From: Spirochaetales bacterium Spiro_04
GTDB lineage: Bacteria; Spirochaetota; Spirochaetia; Sphaerochaetales; Sphaerochaetaceae
Assembly: GCA_001604325.1 (NCBI GenBank)
Contig: LVBF01000013.1
Span: 8,323-72,322 of the forward strand
DNA length: 64,000 nucleotides
Reading direction: 5' to 3'
A program made the translations under genes and the position numbers. The notes under the pieces are model-generated. The model searched no databases, was not told where the DNA came from, and saw only the letters and a program-made list of their open reading frames with translations. Positions 35,593 to 45,294 of this stretch are shown here, piece after piece (the first letter of the stretch is position 1; each line of letters opens with the position of its first letter).

Positions 35593-36301
35593 AGAGGTGG
35601 GCCAACGCCGTGGGGCGGTTGGAGATGATTCCCTTCGCCCCCTTTGCCACCAGAAGTTGAGCTTCCGCTTCATCGTCCACGGTCCACACGACCACCGCCT
35701 TCCCGCGCTCGATCATGGGGAGAGCCTGTTCCCGCTCAGGTTTGAGGAGGGTGGGACGAGATAAAAAGCGGCCTTGCCCTTCGTGGAGGAAGGTGGGCAC
35801 TTCTTTCGACCGGCTGTAGATCACGGCGGTGGGGATAGTGTTTCGCGCACGGCGCTTGAAGCGTCGTAAGAGGATCGGGTTGAAGGATGAGACGAGCACG
35901 TTCCCCTGCAACCCGGCATCCTCGATGGCCTTGAACACTCCCTCCTCAAGACCGGTACGGCCAATGCCTTCGGCCTTGAGCTCGATGTCGTAGAGGAGCC
36001 GATTCCCGATGAGGGCGAAGACCTGTTCGAGGGTGGGGATGCGCTGATCTCCACCGATGGGGATCTCCTTCAGCTCCTCCCACTCCATCTCACAGATGCG
36101 TCGATCGACGCCGGCGAGCCGCGAGAGGGTGAAGTCATGGAAGACGACCAGCGTTCCACACCGGGTACGTTGCACATCGAGCTCGATCCCGTCGATGCCG
36201 TCCTGGATGCACGCCTCGAAGGCGTCGAGGGTATTTTCCAGATACTGCTGTGAATTACCGCGATGGCCGAAGAGGCGGCATCGCTCAAAGAGTGCGTTCA
36301 T
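35582..36301 (-). CDS. Glycerophosphodiester phosphodiesterase
   Basis: GHRG, ENTL, IELDV, VFHD, IELK, WTVD, ISNRP. Confidence 0.92.
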   Translation of the reverse strand: MNALFERCRLFGHRGNSQQYLENTLDAFEACIQDGIDGIELDVQRTRCGTLVVFHDFTLSRLAGVDRRICEMEWEELKEIPIGGDQRIPTLEQVFALIGNRLLYDIELKAEGIGRTGLEEGVFKAIEDAGLQGNVLVSSFNPILLRRFKRRARNTIPTAVIYSRSKEVPTFLHEGQGRFLSRPTLLKPEREQALPMIERGKAVVVWTVDDEAEAQLLVAKGAKGIISNRPTALAHLFRG

Positions 36302-37142
36302 GGTCTTTCCCCCAGCGCAGTCGCGCCACCTCCGCTTCCCAGAGGCTCTCGTCCACCGTCTCCAGCACCAGCGGGATGGAAGCGAACCGTTCATCACCGG
36401 CGATATGGTCGAAGGTCTCCCACCCGATGGTGCCCGCTCCGAGGCTTGCATGGCGGTCGAGGCGGCTGCCCGCGTGGCTCTTGGCATCGTTGAGATGCAT
36501 GCCCCACAGCTTGTCCATGCCGACAAGGGCGGCGAAGCGGTCCATCGCCGTCTCAAACCCCTCGATGGTGGAGAGGTCATACCCGGCGGTGTGGGCGTGG
36601 CAGGTGTCGATGCAGCAACCGATGCGCTCACTGTGCCTCGACGCCTCCATGATCATGGCGAGCTCCTCGAAGGTGGAGCCGAGGGTGCTGCCCGATCCGC
36701 TGGTGTTCTCGATGACCAGCTTTGCGTACTCGCTCGCCTCGATGGCCCGGTCCAGCGCCGTGGCCACCCTCCGACACGCCGTCTGGGTGTCGAGCACCCC
36801 CAGGTGTGAGCCGGGGTGGAAGTTGAGCAGCTGTAAGCCCAGCGTCTCCACGCGCTCGATCTCGTCAACGAAGGCGGCCAGTGCCCGCTCCCATTTCTCA
36901 TCATCCGCATTGGCGAGGTTGATGAGGTAGCTGTCGTGCACCAAGATCTGGTGCGCGGTGAATCCCAATGCCGAGAGCGTCTCTTTGAACCGGCTCGCCT
37001 CCTCCGCCGTGATGGCTTTCGCCCTCCACTGGCGCTGGTTCTTGGTGAACATCCCAAAGCCGTTGGCAGAGAGGGCGGCGGCCTGCTCGGCGGCCTTCTG
37101 AAGGCCCCCGGCGATGCTGGTGTGTGGACCGATGATATGCAT
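36285..37142 (-). CDS. nfo: Endonuclease IV
   Basis: HTSIAGG, HDSYLINL, NFHPGS, IENTSG, CIDTCH, HLND, DRH, LET. Confidence 0.95.
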   Translation of the reverse strand: MHIIGPHTSIAGGLQKAAEQAAALSANGFGMFTKNQRQWRAKAITAEEASRFKETLSALGFTAHQILVHDSYLINLANADDEKWERALAAFVDEIERVETLGLQLLNFHPGSHLGVLDTQTACRRVATALDRAIEASEYAKLVIENTSGSGSTLGSTFEELAMIMEASRHSERIGCCIDTCHAHTAGYDLSTIEGFETAMDRFAALVGMDKLWGMHLNDAKSHAGSRLDRHASLGAGTIGWETFDHIAGDERFASIPLVLETVDESLWEAEVARLRWGKDHERTL

Positions 37143-37148
37143 GGGTCA

Positions 37149-37199
37149 ACGCTAGCGTGGCCACCTCCCCTTGTCAAGGACCGGTGCGCGTGGTAGCTT
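37149..37199. promoter_or_regulatory. Divergent promoters with overlapping -35 boxes (nfo / M16 peptidase)
   Basis: Minus strand: TTGACA(37177-37172)-17-TAGCGT. Plus strand: TTGTCA(37171-37176)-17-TAGCTT. Confidence 0.55.
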
Positions 37200-37221
37200 C
37201 TCGATACAAGGAGCGACAGGA

Positions 37222-40173
37222 ATGGACGAGCACCAATGGTCAGTCGGCGACCAAATCGCAGGGTTTCAGATCACCGCCATCGAGAATCTCGAGGAGTACC
37301 AGGGGGTGGGATACACCTTCAGCCATATTGAAACCGGCATGGAGGTCTTCCAGCTGGTCAACGATGACCGGGAGCGGTTCTTCAGCTACATCTTCAAGAC
37401 CCTCCCCTCCAACAACAGCGGGGTCGCCCATATCCTCGAGCACTGTGTGCTCGCCGGCAGTGAGCGCTACCCGGTACGCGACCCCTTCATGAGCCTGCTC
37501 AAGGGGTCGGTCAATACCTTCATGAATGCGATGACCTACCCGGACAAGACCCTCTACCCGGCCGCGAGCCCGCTGAAGGCGGACTTCGACAACCTCTTCA
37601 ACGTCTACACCGATGCGGTCTTCGCCCCGCTCTTGCGTGAAGAGACCTTCTGGCAGGAGGGGGTCCGCCTCGTCTGCACCGAAGAGGGGTGCCGCTATGA
37701 GGGGGTGGTCTTCAATGAGATGCTCGGCGATGGGTCGGACCACGATTCGATCGTGGGACGCAACAGCGTACGCTTCCTCTACTCCGACTCCGCCTACTCC
37801 TTCGACAGCGGTGGGGATCCTGAAGAGATCATCAAGCTGGACTACCAGCAGTTCGTCTCCTTCTACAGCCAGTTCTACCACCCCTCCAATGCCAAGCTCT
37901 TCCTCTACGGGGATCTCGAGGTCGGCGAGAAGCTCGCCTTCCTGGAAGAACACTACCTGTTGCACCGTGGCTCCCTGAACATCAACGCCACCGTCACCGA
38001 GAGCCGGGCGTGGGATCGGGAGCGGACGGCGACCTTCACCAGCCCCACCGAGAACGGGGAGGGGAAGGCGAGCAACTCGGTGGTCTGGGCGTGGGCGACC
38101 GAGCCGGTCACCGATTCCCTTGAGGTGGTCACCCTCTCGACCTTGGTCGACATTCTCCTCGGCAACCCCGCCGCCCCGCTCTACAAGGCGATTCTGGAGA
38201 GCGGGATCGGGGAGGACATCTCCCCGGAGAGCGGGATGAGCACCGATTACTACCAGATGCCGATGATCATCGGCTTCAAGGGCATCGATGCCGACCGAAG
38301 CGAGGAGGCCGGTGCCTTCATCCTCGATACCCTCAAGAAAATCGTCAAGGATGGGCTGGATCGAAAGCTCGTCACCTCGTCCTTGAAGCGCGCACGCTTC
38401 AGACTGCTCGAAATCCCCGGCGGGGCTCCCAATGGACTGAGGATCCTGGGCCGTGCGATGCGCGGCTGGATCTATGATTTGGGGCCGACAGCCACCATTG
38501 GATCAGCAAAGCCGTTGGCTCGCCTGGAGGCGGCGGTCAGGAAGAATCGACGGTACTTCGAGGATTGGATCGAAACGCACTTGTTGGAGAATCCCCACCG
38601 GTGCCTCGTCACCGTCAAGGGTGATGAGACGTACCACGACCGCCAGCTTGAGGTCATCGCCAAGTACACCCAGCGGGTGACCGACGACCTGGGCAAGAAG
38701 GGCGTGCGTGAGGTCATGGCGCAAAACGAGCGCTTCGACCGCTTTGAGGAGGATGGGGACGATGAAGCCTCCTTGGCCACCATCCCGCGCCTCTTGATCG
38801 AGGACCTGCCGGTCGAGGTCAAGGAGAATACCCACCAAGAGCGCCTCTGTGCGACCCGTCCCCTCTTTGTCCGCACCGGGTTCTGCAACACCATCAGCTA
38901 TGTGAACATCGCCATGAACACCGAGGATTTGGAGAGTGACGAGCTGCTCCTCCTCCCGTTCTATCTGCGTCTGGTGCAGATGAGCGGGGTGGGGAATCGC
39001 TCCTACGTCGAGGTGGCCACCGCCCTCAAGGATTGTACCGGCGACTTCGCCCTCTTCCTGGAGATGGGCAGCACCCTGAGCGGGGATGCCGCGCAGAATC
39101 TGATCTGCCGCATCAAGGTGCTCCCCTCCGATGCAAAGAAGGCGCTTGCCCTGACCGCCGATATCCTGCGCACCAGTGCGGTCGATGACCTTGGGGCGGT
39201 CCAGCAGGTGCTTACCACGCTGCGCGGCGAGTACCGCGATTCGGTCACCTACTCGGCCCATGGCTTCGCCTCGCTCGCGGCGGCGGCACAGTTGCAGCCT
39301 CTGCAATACGAGGGGGAGCTGCTGAGCGGACTCAGCCAATGGCTCTATCTGGAGGGGATTGAACGGGACGACCTGGACGGGTTGGCGGCACGGATGAAGG
39401 CGCTGCAGCAGAAGCTCGACAACCGGGAGCGCTTGACCCTCCACCTCCTCTGTGACGAGGAGAACCAGGACTCGATGGCCGCTCTTTTGGAGACCTTTGT
39501 CTCCTCCTTCGGCCACGGGGAGCCCATCGAAGCGAAGAAGCGGGTGTATGAGCAGTTCAACGGGGATGAAATCCATGCGCTCTCGATCTATCGCCTCCCC
39601 TCGAGTGTCAGCTACCAGGCGTACGCCCTGCGCACCAGTGAGCGGGGCAGCGACCTCCAGGCGGCCCAGGCCCTCCTTGCCCAGATGATGAGCGGCAATG
39701 AGCTTTGGGAACGGATCCGTGGACAAGGGGGAGCGTATGGGGTCAATACCACCGTCGATGTGATGGAGGAGCTCTTCCTCTTCTCCACCTATCGCGACCC
39801 GCGCATCGTCGCCTCCTTCGATGATTTCAAGGAGGTCTTGGCGTCCTATGCCGCGGGGAAGGTCGACACGAAGGCGCTTGAGAGCGCCCTCATCGCGATG
39901 GTCGGCAGTGAACTGCGCCCCCTCTCGCCCAGCCAGCAGTCGCTGCTCTCCTTCCGTCGCCTCCTCTACCACATCAGTGATGAGTACCGGGAGAAGCGGC
40001 GTGAGCAGCTCTTGGCCATCGACAGCGAGGCGATCAGGAGCGCGGCTTCGGCCCTCATCGAGGGGGCGGCGACCGTGGAGAGCCGCGTGGTGATCACCGG
40101 CTCGCAACTCTTGGAGAAGGAGCGTGCCAAGGATCCAGCGCTGGAGAGGGAGGCGATTCGACTGCCGTTGTAA
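37222..40173 (+). CDS. M16C metallopeptidase (insulinase / presequence protease-like)
   Basis: GVAHILEH inverted zinc motif, TFMNAMTYPDKT, GVVFNEM, IRGQGGAYG, YRDP. Confidence 0.93.
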   Translation: MDEHQWSVGDQIAGFQITAIENLEEYQGVGYTFSHIETGMEVFQLVNDDRERFFSYIFKTLPSNNSGVAHILEHCVLAGSERYPVRDPFMSLLKGSVNTFMNAMTYPDKTLYPAASPLKADFDNLFNVYTDAVFAPLLREETFWQEGVRLVCTEEGCRYEGVVFNEMLGDGSDHDSIVGRNSVRFLYSDSAYSFDSGGDPEEIIKLDYQQFVSFYSQFYHPSNAKLFLYGDLEVGEKLAFLEEHYLLHRGSLNINATVTESRAWDRERTATFTSPTENGEGKASNSVVWAWATEPVTDSLEVVTLSTLVDILLGNPAAPLYKAILESGIGEDISPESGMSTDYYQMPMIIGFKGIDADRSEEAGAFILDTLKKIVKDGLDRKLVTSSLKRARFRLLEIPGGAPNGLRILGRAMRGWIYDLGPTATIGSAKPLARLEAAVRKNRRYFEDWIETHLLENPHRCLVTVKGDETYHDRQLEVIAKYTQRVTDDLGKKGVREVMAQNERFDRFEEDGDDEASLATIPRLLIEDLPVEVKENTHQERLCATRPLFVRTGFCNTISYVNIAMNTEDLESDELLLLPFYLRLVQMSGVGNRSYVEVATALKDCTGDFALFLEMGSTLSGDAAQNLICRIKVLPSDAKKALALTADILRTSAVDDLGAVQQVLTTLRGEYRDSVTYSAHGFASLAAAAQLQPLQYEGELLSGLSQWLYLEGIERDDLDGLAARMKALQQKLDNRERLTLHLLCDEENQDSMAALLETFVSSFGHGEPIEAKKRVYEQFNGDEIHALSIYRLPSSVSYQAYALRTSERGSDLQAAQALLAQMMSGNELWERIRGQGGAYGVNTTVDVMEELFLFSTYRDPRIVASFDDFKEVLASYAAGKVDTKALESALIAMVGSELRPLSPSQQSLLSFRRLLYHISDEYREKRREQLLAIDSEAIRSAASALIEGAATVESRVVITGSQLLEKERAKDPALEREAIRLPL

Positions 40174-40176
40174 GGA

Positions 40177-40521
40177 TCAGTAGACCGGCTTGAGACCCGC
40201 GTGGTAGAGCAGCCCGCTTGCCCGAAAGAGGGAGTACGAGGTGTAGGCGAGGGAGATGGAGAGATCATTGGCCATCTCGATCATCGCCGGACTCGGTTTC
40301 TTGTTGCGGACCAAGAGGATATTCTTGATGTCGCTCATGTCGGCGGTCCTGATGGCCTGCACATTGGAGAGGCCGGTGATGAGGATGATGTCATCCTCCA
40401 AAATTGTCAGAACGTCACTCATCAAGTCGCTGGCGAAGCCGCGCTTGATGTCATCCTCCAAATGTTTCTCGCCACAGACGAGCTTTGCATTGACACAATT
40501 GAGAATGTCTTTGAGTCTCAT
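40177..40521 (-). CDS. DRTGG-domain protein
   Basis: ASDLMSDVL, LITGL...QAIRTA, LVRNKKP. Confidence 0.85.
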   Translation of the reverse strand: MRLKDILNCVNAKLVCGEKHLEDDIKRGFASDLMSDVLTILEDDIILITGLSNVQAIRTADMSDIKNILLVRNKKPSPAMIEMANDLSISLAYTSYSLFRASGLLYHAGLKPVY

Positions 40522-40627
40522 GGGCAGAGTATAGCATGGAACGGGGGTGCCTTCCCAGAGGGTACAGCCATTTTTTGCCTTTCAAAAAAGAGGACGAGAA
40601 GCTATACTCTCTTCAGAGGGGGGCATC

Positions 40628-42142
40628 GTGAAGTACATCGGAGCTTTGGACCAAGGAACCACCAGCAGTAGGTTCATCATCTTCGACGACCAGGGCGCAA
40701 TCGTCGCCAGTTGCCAGAAGGAGCACCGCCAGATCTATCCCAAGCCGGGGTGGGTCGAGCACGACCCTCTGGAAATCTGGGAAAATTGTCACCAGTGTAT
40801 CGAAGGAGCGCTTGCAAAGGCAGGCTTGCAGGGCAGCGATATCTCTGCGGTGGGCATCACCAACCAACGTGAGACGATCGTCGCCTTTGACCGCAGGAGT
40901 GGGGCGGTGCGCCACAATGCCATCGTCTGGCAGGACCTGCGGGGCTCTGACTTGATCGAGGAGTTGAAGAAGAAGACCGATGCATCCTCCATGCAGAAGA
41001 AGAGCGGTTTGATCTTCAGCCCGTACTTCTCAGCCAGCAAGATCGCCTGGCTCTTGGAGCACGTGGAGGGGCTGCGCGCCGAGGCTGAGCGCGGTGATGT
41101 GGTCTTCGGCACCATCGACACGTGGCTGGTCTACAACCTCAGCGGCAAGCAGGCGGTGGTCACCGACGTCTCCAATGCCTCGCGCTACCTCTTGATGGAC
41201 ATCAACACCTTGGAGTGGGACCAGGAGTTGCTCACGCTCTTCAACATCCCCGTCCAGGCGTTGCCCACCATCGTCCCCTCGACGGGGATGGTCTACGCGG
41301 AGTGCGCCACCGACGGGCCCTTCGGCTTTCCCGTGCCGGTGGCCGGAATTCTCGGTGACCAACAAGCGGCGCTCTTCGGCCAAGCGTGCTTTGGTGAGGG
41401 GATGGCCAAGTCCACCTACGGAACCGGCTGCTTCTTGCTGGTGAACACCGGCTGTGAGGCCAAGCTCAGCGCCGAAGGGCTCCTCACGACCGTCGCCTAC
41501 CAGATCGCGGGATCCAAACCCGTCTATGCGCTGGAGGGGTCGGTCGCCGTGGCCGGCTCCCTGGTGCAGTGGGCCCGGGACAGCCTCAAGCTCGTAGAGA
41601 GCGCACAGGAGCTGGACAGGCTCGCCGAGAGTGTGCCAGACTGCGGGGGCGTCTACATCGTGCCCGCCTTCAGTGGGCTCTTCGCCCCCTATTGGCGCAG
41701 CGATGCCCGCGGGGTCATCGCCGGCCTTACCGGATATGCGACTCGCGCCCACATCTGCCGGGCGATCTTGGAGTCGACCGCCTTCCAGGCGTGGGATATC
41801 TTTAGGGGCATCGAGCGCGATGCAGAGATCACCCTCAGCGAGTTGCGTGTCGACGGCGGCCTGACCAACAGCGCCCCGTTGATGGCCTTCCAGGCCGACC
41901 TGCTCGGCATCCCGGTCATCAGGCCGTTGGTGGTCGAGACCACCGCACTGGGGTCCGCCTACGCGGCCGGCCTCACCGTGGGGATCTGGGAGAGTTTGGA
42001 AGTCCTGGCTTCACAGTGGAAGGAGGAGCGGCGCTGGGAGGCGACGATGGGAGAAGCGGAGCGAGAGGCGAAGATTCACTACTGGATGAAAGCCGTACAC
42101 CGAACCCTCGATTGGGTGCCGGTCGATGACGAGGAGTCGTGA
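40628..42142 (+). CDS. glpK: Glycerol kinase
   Basis: DQGTTSSR, GITNQRET, YFSASK, GDQQAALFGQ, KSTYGTG, GLFAPYW, ETTALG. Confidence 0.96.
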   Translation: MKYIGALDQGTTSSRFIIFDDQGAIVASCQKEHRQIYPKPGWVEHDPLEIWENCHQCIEGALAKAGLQGSDISAVGITNQRETIVAFDRRSGAVRHNAIVWQDLRGSDLIEELKKKTDASSMQKKSGLIFSPYFSASKIAWLLEHVEGLRAEAERGDVVFGTIDTWLVYNLSGKQAVVTDVSNASRYLLMDINTLEWDQELLTLFNIPVQALPTIVPSTGMVYAECATDGPFGFPVPVAGILGDQQAALFGQACFGEGMAKSTYGTGCFLLVNTGCEAKLSAEGLLTTVAYQIAGSKPVYALEGSVAVAGSLVQWARDSLKLVESAQELDRLAESVPDCGGVYIVPAFSGLFAPYWRSDARGVIAGLTGYATRAHICRAILESTAFQAWDIFRGIERDAEITLSELRVDGGLTNSAPLMAFQADLLGIPVIRPLVVETTALGSAYAAGLTVGIWESLEVLASQWKEERRWEATMGEAEREAKIHYWMKAVHRTLDWVPVDDEES

Positions 42143-42963
42143 TGGGCATTGATACGCTGCAATCGTTCTTCTGGTTTGTGAAGCCCGCTGTACAGGTGGG
42201 GGTCTTGGCGTGGGCGTTCTATCGCTTCTATGTCGCCATCGCCCAGACGAAGGCCCAACAGATCATCAAGGTGCTGGTCGTTCTCTTCTCCGCCTACGCC
42301 CTCTCCTACATCCTCAATCTTGAGGTCCTCCTCTGGTTCTTCAAGCGGATCACCATACCGGCGACGATCTTCATCAGCATCATCTACCAACCGGAGCTGA
42401 GGCGCTCCTTCACCCAGGCGTGGAGCACCCGCGGCCGCCTCTTCCGCATCGGGGGGCAGGCGACCAGCGGCGATCAGATCGATTCGATCCTCAACGCCTG
42501 CACCGTCTTGGTCAACAAACGCCGCGGAGCGTTGATCGTCTTCCCGCGCCGGTTGGGCATCAAGTCGATCATCGACAGCGGGACCCGGCTCAACGCCGAT
42601 CTCTCCACCAGCTTGATCCTCACCGTCTTCGACCATGACACGCCGCTCCATGACGGGGCCATGATCATCCAAGGCGGCAAGATCCTGGCGGCGGGGTGCT
42701 ATCTGCCGCTGAGTGAGCAGACGGATATGAAGCGGAACTTCGGGACCCGTCACCGCGCCGCCCTCGGCCTTGCCGAGGAGAGTGATGCGGTGGTCCTCGT
42801 CGTCAGTGAGGAGACCGGGGCCATCAGCCTGACGTACAACGCGAACCTCTTCTACCAGTTGGATGTGCCGACCATCAAGCGGATGTTGCTCGCCCTGTTC
42901 AACTACCAGGACATCACCGGTGAGGATTTGATCGACGAGGAGGCGAGCGATGAAAACGAATAA
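42139..42963 (+). CDS. cdaA: Diadenylate cyclase CdaA
   Basis: Three N-terminal TM segments, QPELRR, PLHDGA, GTRHRAALG, VSEETG. Confidence 0.95.
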   Translation: MMGIDTLQSFFWFVKPAVQVGVLAWAFYRFYVAIAQTKAQQIIKVLVVLFSAYALSYILNLEVLLWFFKRITIPATIFISIIYQPELRRSFTQAWSTRGRLFRIGGQATSGDQIDSILNACTVLVNKRRGALIVFPRRLGIKSIIDSGTRLNADLSTSLILTVFDHDTPLHDGAMIIQGGKILAAGCYLPLSEQTDMKRNFGTRHRAALGLAEESDAVVLVVSEETGAISLTYNANLFYQLDVPTIKRMLLALFNYQDITGEDLIDEEASDENE

Positions 42964-43354
42964 ACATCTGCAGACCCTCCTCTTCAACTGGCCGGCGAAG
43001 GTATTGAGCCTGGTCTTCGCCCTCCTCATCTACGCCTTCATCCAATACTCCACCCTCGAAACCAGGGTGGTGACCATCCCCCTCTCGGTCCAGCTGCCCG
43101 AGCATCTGGTCGCCGAAAGCCTCATTCCACAGAAAGTCGATGTCCAGATCAAGGGCAATGAGAGCATCATCTACCTCGTCGACCCCGCCTCCATCACGGC
43201 GAGCATCGACTTCTCCGATGTGCGGGCGACCGGCATCGCTGCCCGGAGCGTCGTGCTCATCTATGATGAGCGCGTCTTCGACAGCGCCCAGATATCGCTC
43301 TTGGCAAGTCCAAGCCAGTATCGGATTCTCTTTGCTGAGGGGCAGGATCTATGA
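42950..43354 (+). CDS. Short CdaR/YbbR-like protein
   Basis: NWPAKVLSLVFA N-terminal anchor, a single YbbR-sized domain, directly after cdaA. Confidence 0.75.
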   Translation: MKTNKHLQTLLFNWPAKVLSLVFALLIYAFIQYSTLETRVVTIPLSVQLPEHLVAESLIPQKVDVQIKGNESIIYLVDPASITASIDFSDVRATGIAARSVVLIYDERVFDSAQISLLASPSQYRILFAEGQDL

Positions 43355-43731
43355 TGCCTTCAGGCCTCGGGGTTGATGTGGTGAACATCTCCCGCATCAA
43401 GGCGTTGCCGGAAGGGGTGAAGCGACGCATCTTTCACCCCGCCGAGCTCGCCGAGGCCGCCTCCATGGCCGAGGGTGCGGCCGCGGAGTATCTGAGTGGG
43501 CGTTTTGCCGCCAAGGAGGCGCTGGGCAAGGCGCTGGGGTGTGGAATCGCCCGCTTGATCCCCCACCAAGTACTGGTGGAGAGGGGGGAGCAGGGAGCGC
43601 CCCACTTTGTCCTGGAGGGAGCGGCCCTCCACCTGGTCGGCAGTGCCCGTATCATGCTCTCCATCTCCCATGATGATCCGGTGGCGGTGGCGGTCGTCCT
43701 GCTCTCAGGAGGATCCGATGGCCCGCAGTGA
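43351..43731 (+). CDS. acpS: Holo-ACP synthase
   Basis: GLGVDVV, RFAAKEA, SISHD. Confidence 0.93.
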   Translation: MMPSGLGVDVVNISRIKALPEGVKRRIFHPAELAEAASMAEGAAAEYLSGRFAAKEALGKALGCGIARLIPHQVLVERGEQGAPHFVLEGAALHLVGSARIMLSISHDDPVAVAVVLLSGGSDGPQ

Positions 43732-44563
43732 CTGGAAAAGGCCGGCGCTCGAGCCGCTCGGCGAAGGCCTCAGGCGCATCAAAATGACCGTCTCCTACCA
43801 TGGCGGCCACTACAGCGGATGGCAGCGTCAAACCAATGCCATCGCCGTGGCCCAGGTGCTGGAGGAGGCGGTGACCACCCTCATCGGCGAGACGGTTGAG
43901 ATCGTCGGAAGCGGGCGCACCGACAGCGGGGTCCATGCCCTGGGCCAGGTCTGCCACATGGACATCGCCAACACCCGCCTGCCGGCCAAGAAGTTCGCCG
44001 TCGCGTTGAACCGGATCCTGCCCCCCGACATCAGGATTCTGGAGAGCAGCGAGGTCGACGGCTCCTTCCATGCACGCTTCACGACGATGGCGCGCACCTA
44101 TCGCTACTACTTCAAGCGCCACGATGAGGTCAACGGCTTTGACGCCACCTTGGTGGCCACGGTGAAGGAGTTTCCCCCCAAAGAGCTCTTGGACGCCTAT
44201 GCCAAGATCATTGAGGGGACCCATGATTTTTCCACCTTCACCGGCAGTGGTGACCTCTGCCCGAGCAAGATGCGCGACATCTACGAGTCGTACTGGCGCC
44301 TCGAGGAGGACCGATGGGGTGGAGAGCTCCTCAGCTACACCATCACCGGCAACGCCTTCCTCTACAAGATGGTCCGCTCCTTGGTCGGCACGATGATGAC
44401 GGCAGCCCACGAGGGAATGGAGAGCGAAGAGTTCCGTGCCCGCCTGGAAGCCAAGGACCGCAGCGGGGCCGGCCGCACCGCCAGCGCCTCCGGTCTCTAC
44501 CTCTACCGCATCAGCTATGATGCGGATGAGTATGCGTGGTTTGAGGAGGGGGGGACACCATGA
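43718..44563 (+). CDS. truA: tRNA pseudouridine(38-40) synthase
   Basis: GWQRQ, GSGRTDSGVHA, FHARF, AFLYKMVR. Confidence 0.95.
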   Translation: MARSDWKRPALEPLGEGLRRIKMTVSYHGGHYSGWQRQTNAIAVAQVLEEAVTTLIGETVEIVGSGRTDSGVHALGQVCHMDIANTRLPAKKFAVALNRILPPDIRILESSEVDGSFHARFTTMARTYRYYFKRHDEVNGFDATLVATVKEFPPKELLDAYAKIIEGTHDFSTFTGSGDLCPSKMRDIYESYWRLEEDRWGGELLSYTITGNAFLYKMVRSLVGTMMTAAHEGMESEEFRARLEAKDRSGAGRTASASGLYLYRISYDADEYAWFEEGGTP

Positions 44564-45294
44564 AGCGACAGCAGCTTGCAGAGAGCATCGGCTCATACCT
44601 CAGCCTTATCGATGAGGCCGAGGCTTTGATCAAGGGCACAGCGTATGAAGCGGTGGAGCACGATCTTTCGACCATCCTCGATGTGCTCTCTCCACCGCCC
44701 CTGGATGTGGACTCCATCGAGGGGGCGAACCTGAGGGTGCTCGAGGCGATGGTCGCCACCTGCACCAAGTGCCGCCTCAGTGAGGGGCGGACGAAGACGG
44801 TCTTCGGCGAGGGGTCGGTCCCGGCGCGCTTGATGGTCATCGGCGAGGGGCCGGGATCGGAAGAGGACAAGAGCGGCCATGTGTTTGTTGGACGGGCCGG
44901 TGCCTATCTGGACAGTTGGCTCAAGGGCATCCACCTCGAACGTGGGAAGGGGGTCTACATCGCCAACATCGTCAAGTGCCGCCCGCCGAATAATCGCGAC
45001 CCCCAAGGCGATGAACGAGATGCATGCATCCCGTATCTCAAGCGCCAGATCCAGCTGGTGAAACCCCAGATGATCCTCCTCTTGGGGCGCACCGCCGCGC
45101 AGGCGCTGCTGGAGACGGAGGATGGGGTGGGGGCGCTGAGGGGGCGCTACCATCGCTGGGAGGGCATTCCCGTCGTGGTGACCTATCATCCCGCGGCGGT
45201 GCTGCGCAACACCGATACCCTCCGCCGTCCGGTGTGGGAGGATCTGAAGCGGGTGGCCGCCTTCTTGGGCATCGACCTCGGCCGGAGGTCATGA
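44560..45294 (+). CDS. Uracil-DNA glycosylase, family 4
   Basis: CTKC, IGEGPG, FVGRAG, KCRPPNNR, TYHPAA. Confidence 0.93.
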   Translation: MKRQQLAESIGSYLSLIDEAEALIKGTAYEAVEHDLSTILDVLSPPPLDVDSIEGANLRVLEAMVATCTKCRLSEGRTKTVFGEGSVPARLMVIGEGPGSEEDKSGHVFVGRAGAYLDSWLKGIHLERGKGVYIANIVKCRPPNNRDPQGDERDACIPYLKRQIQLVKPQMILLLGRTAAQALLETEDGVGALRGRYHRWEGIPVVVTYHPAAVLRNTDTLRRPVWEDLKRVAAFLGIDLGRRS

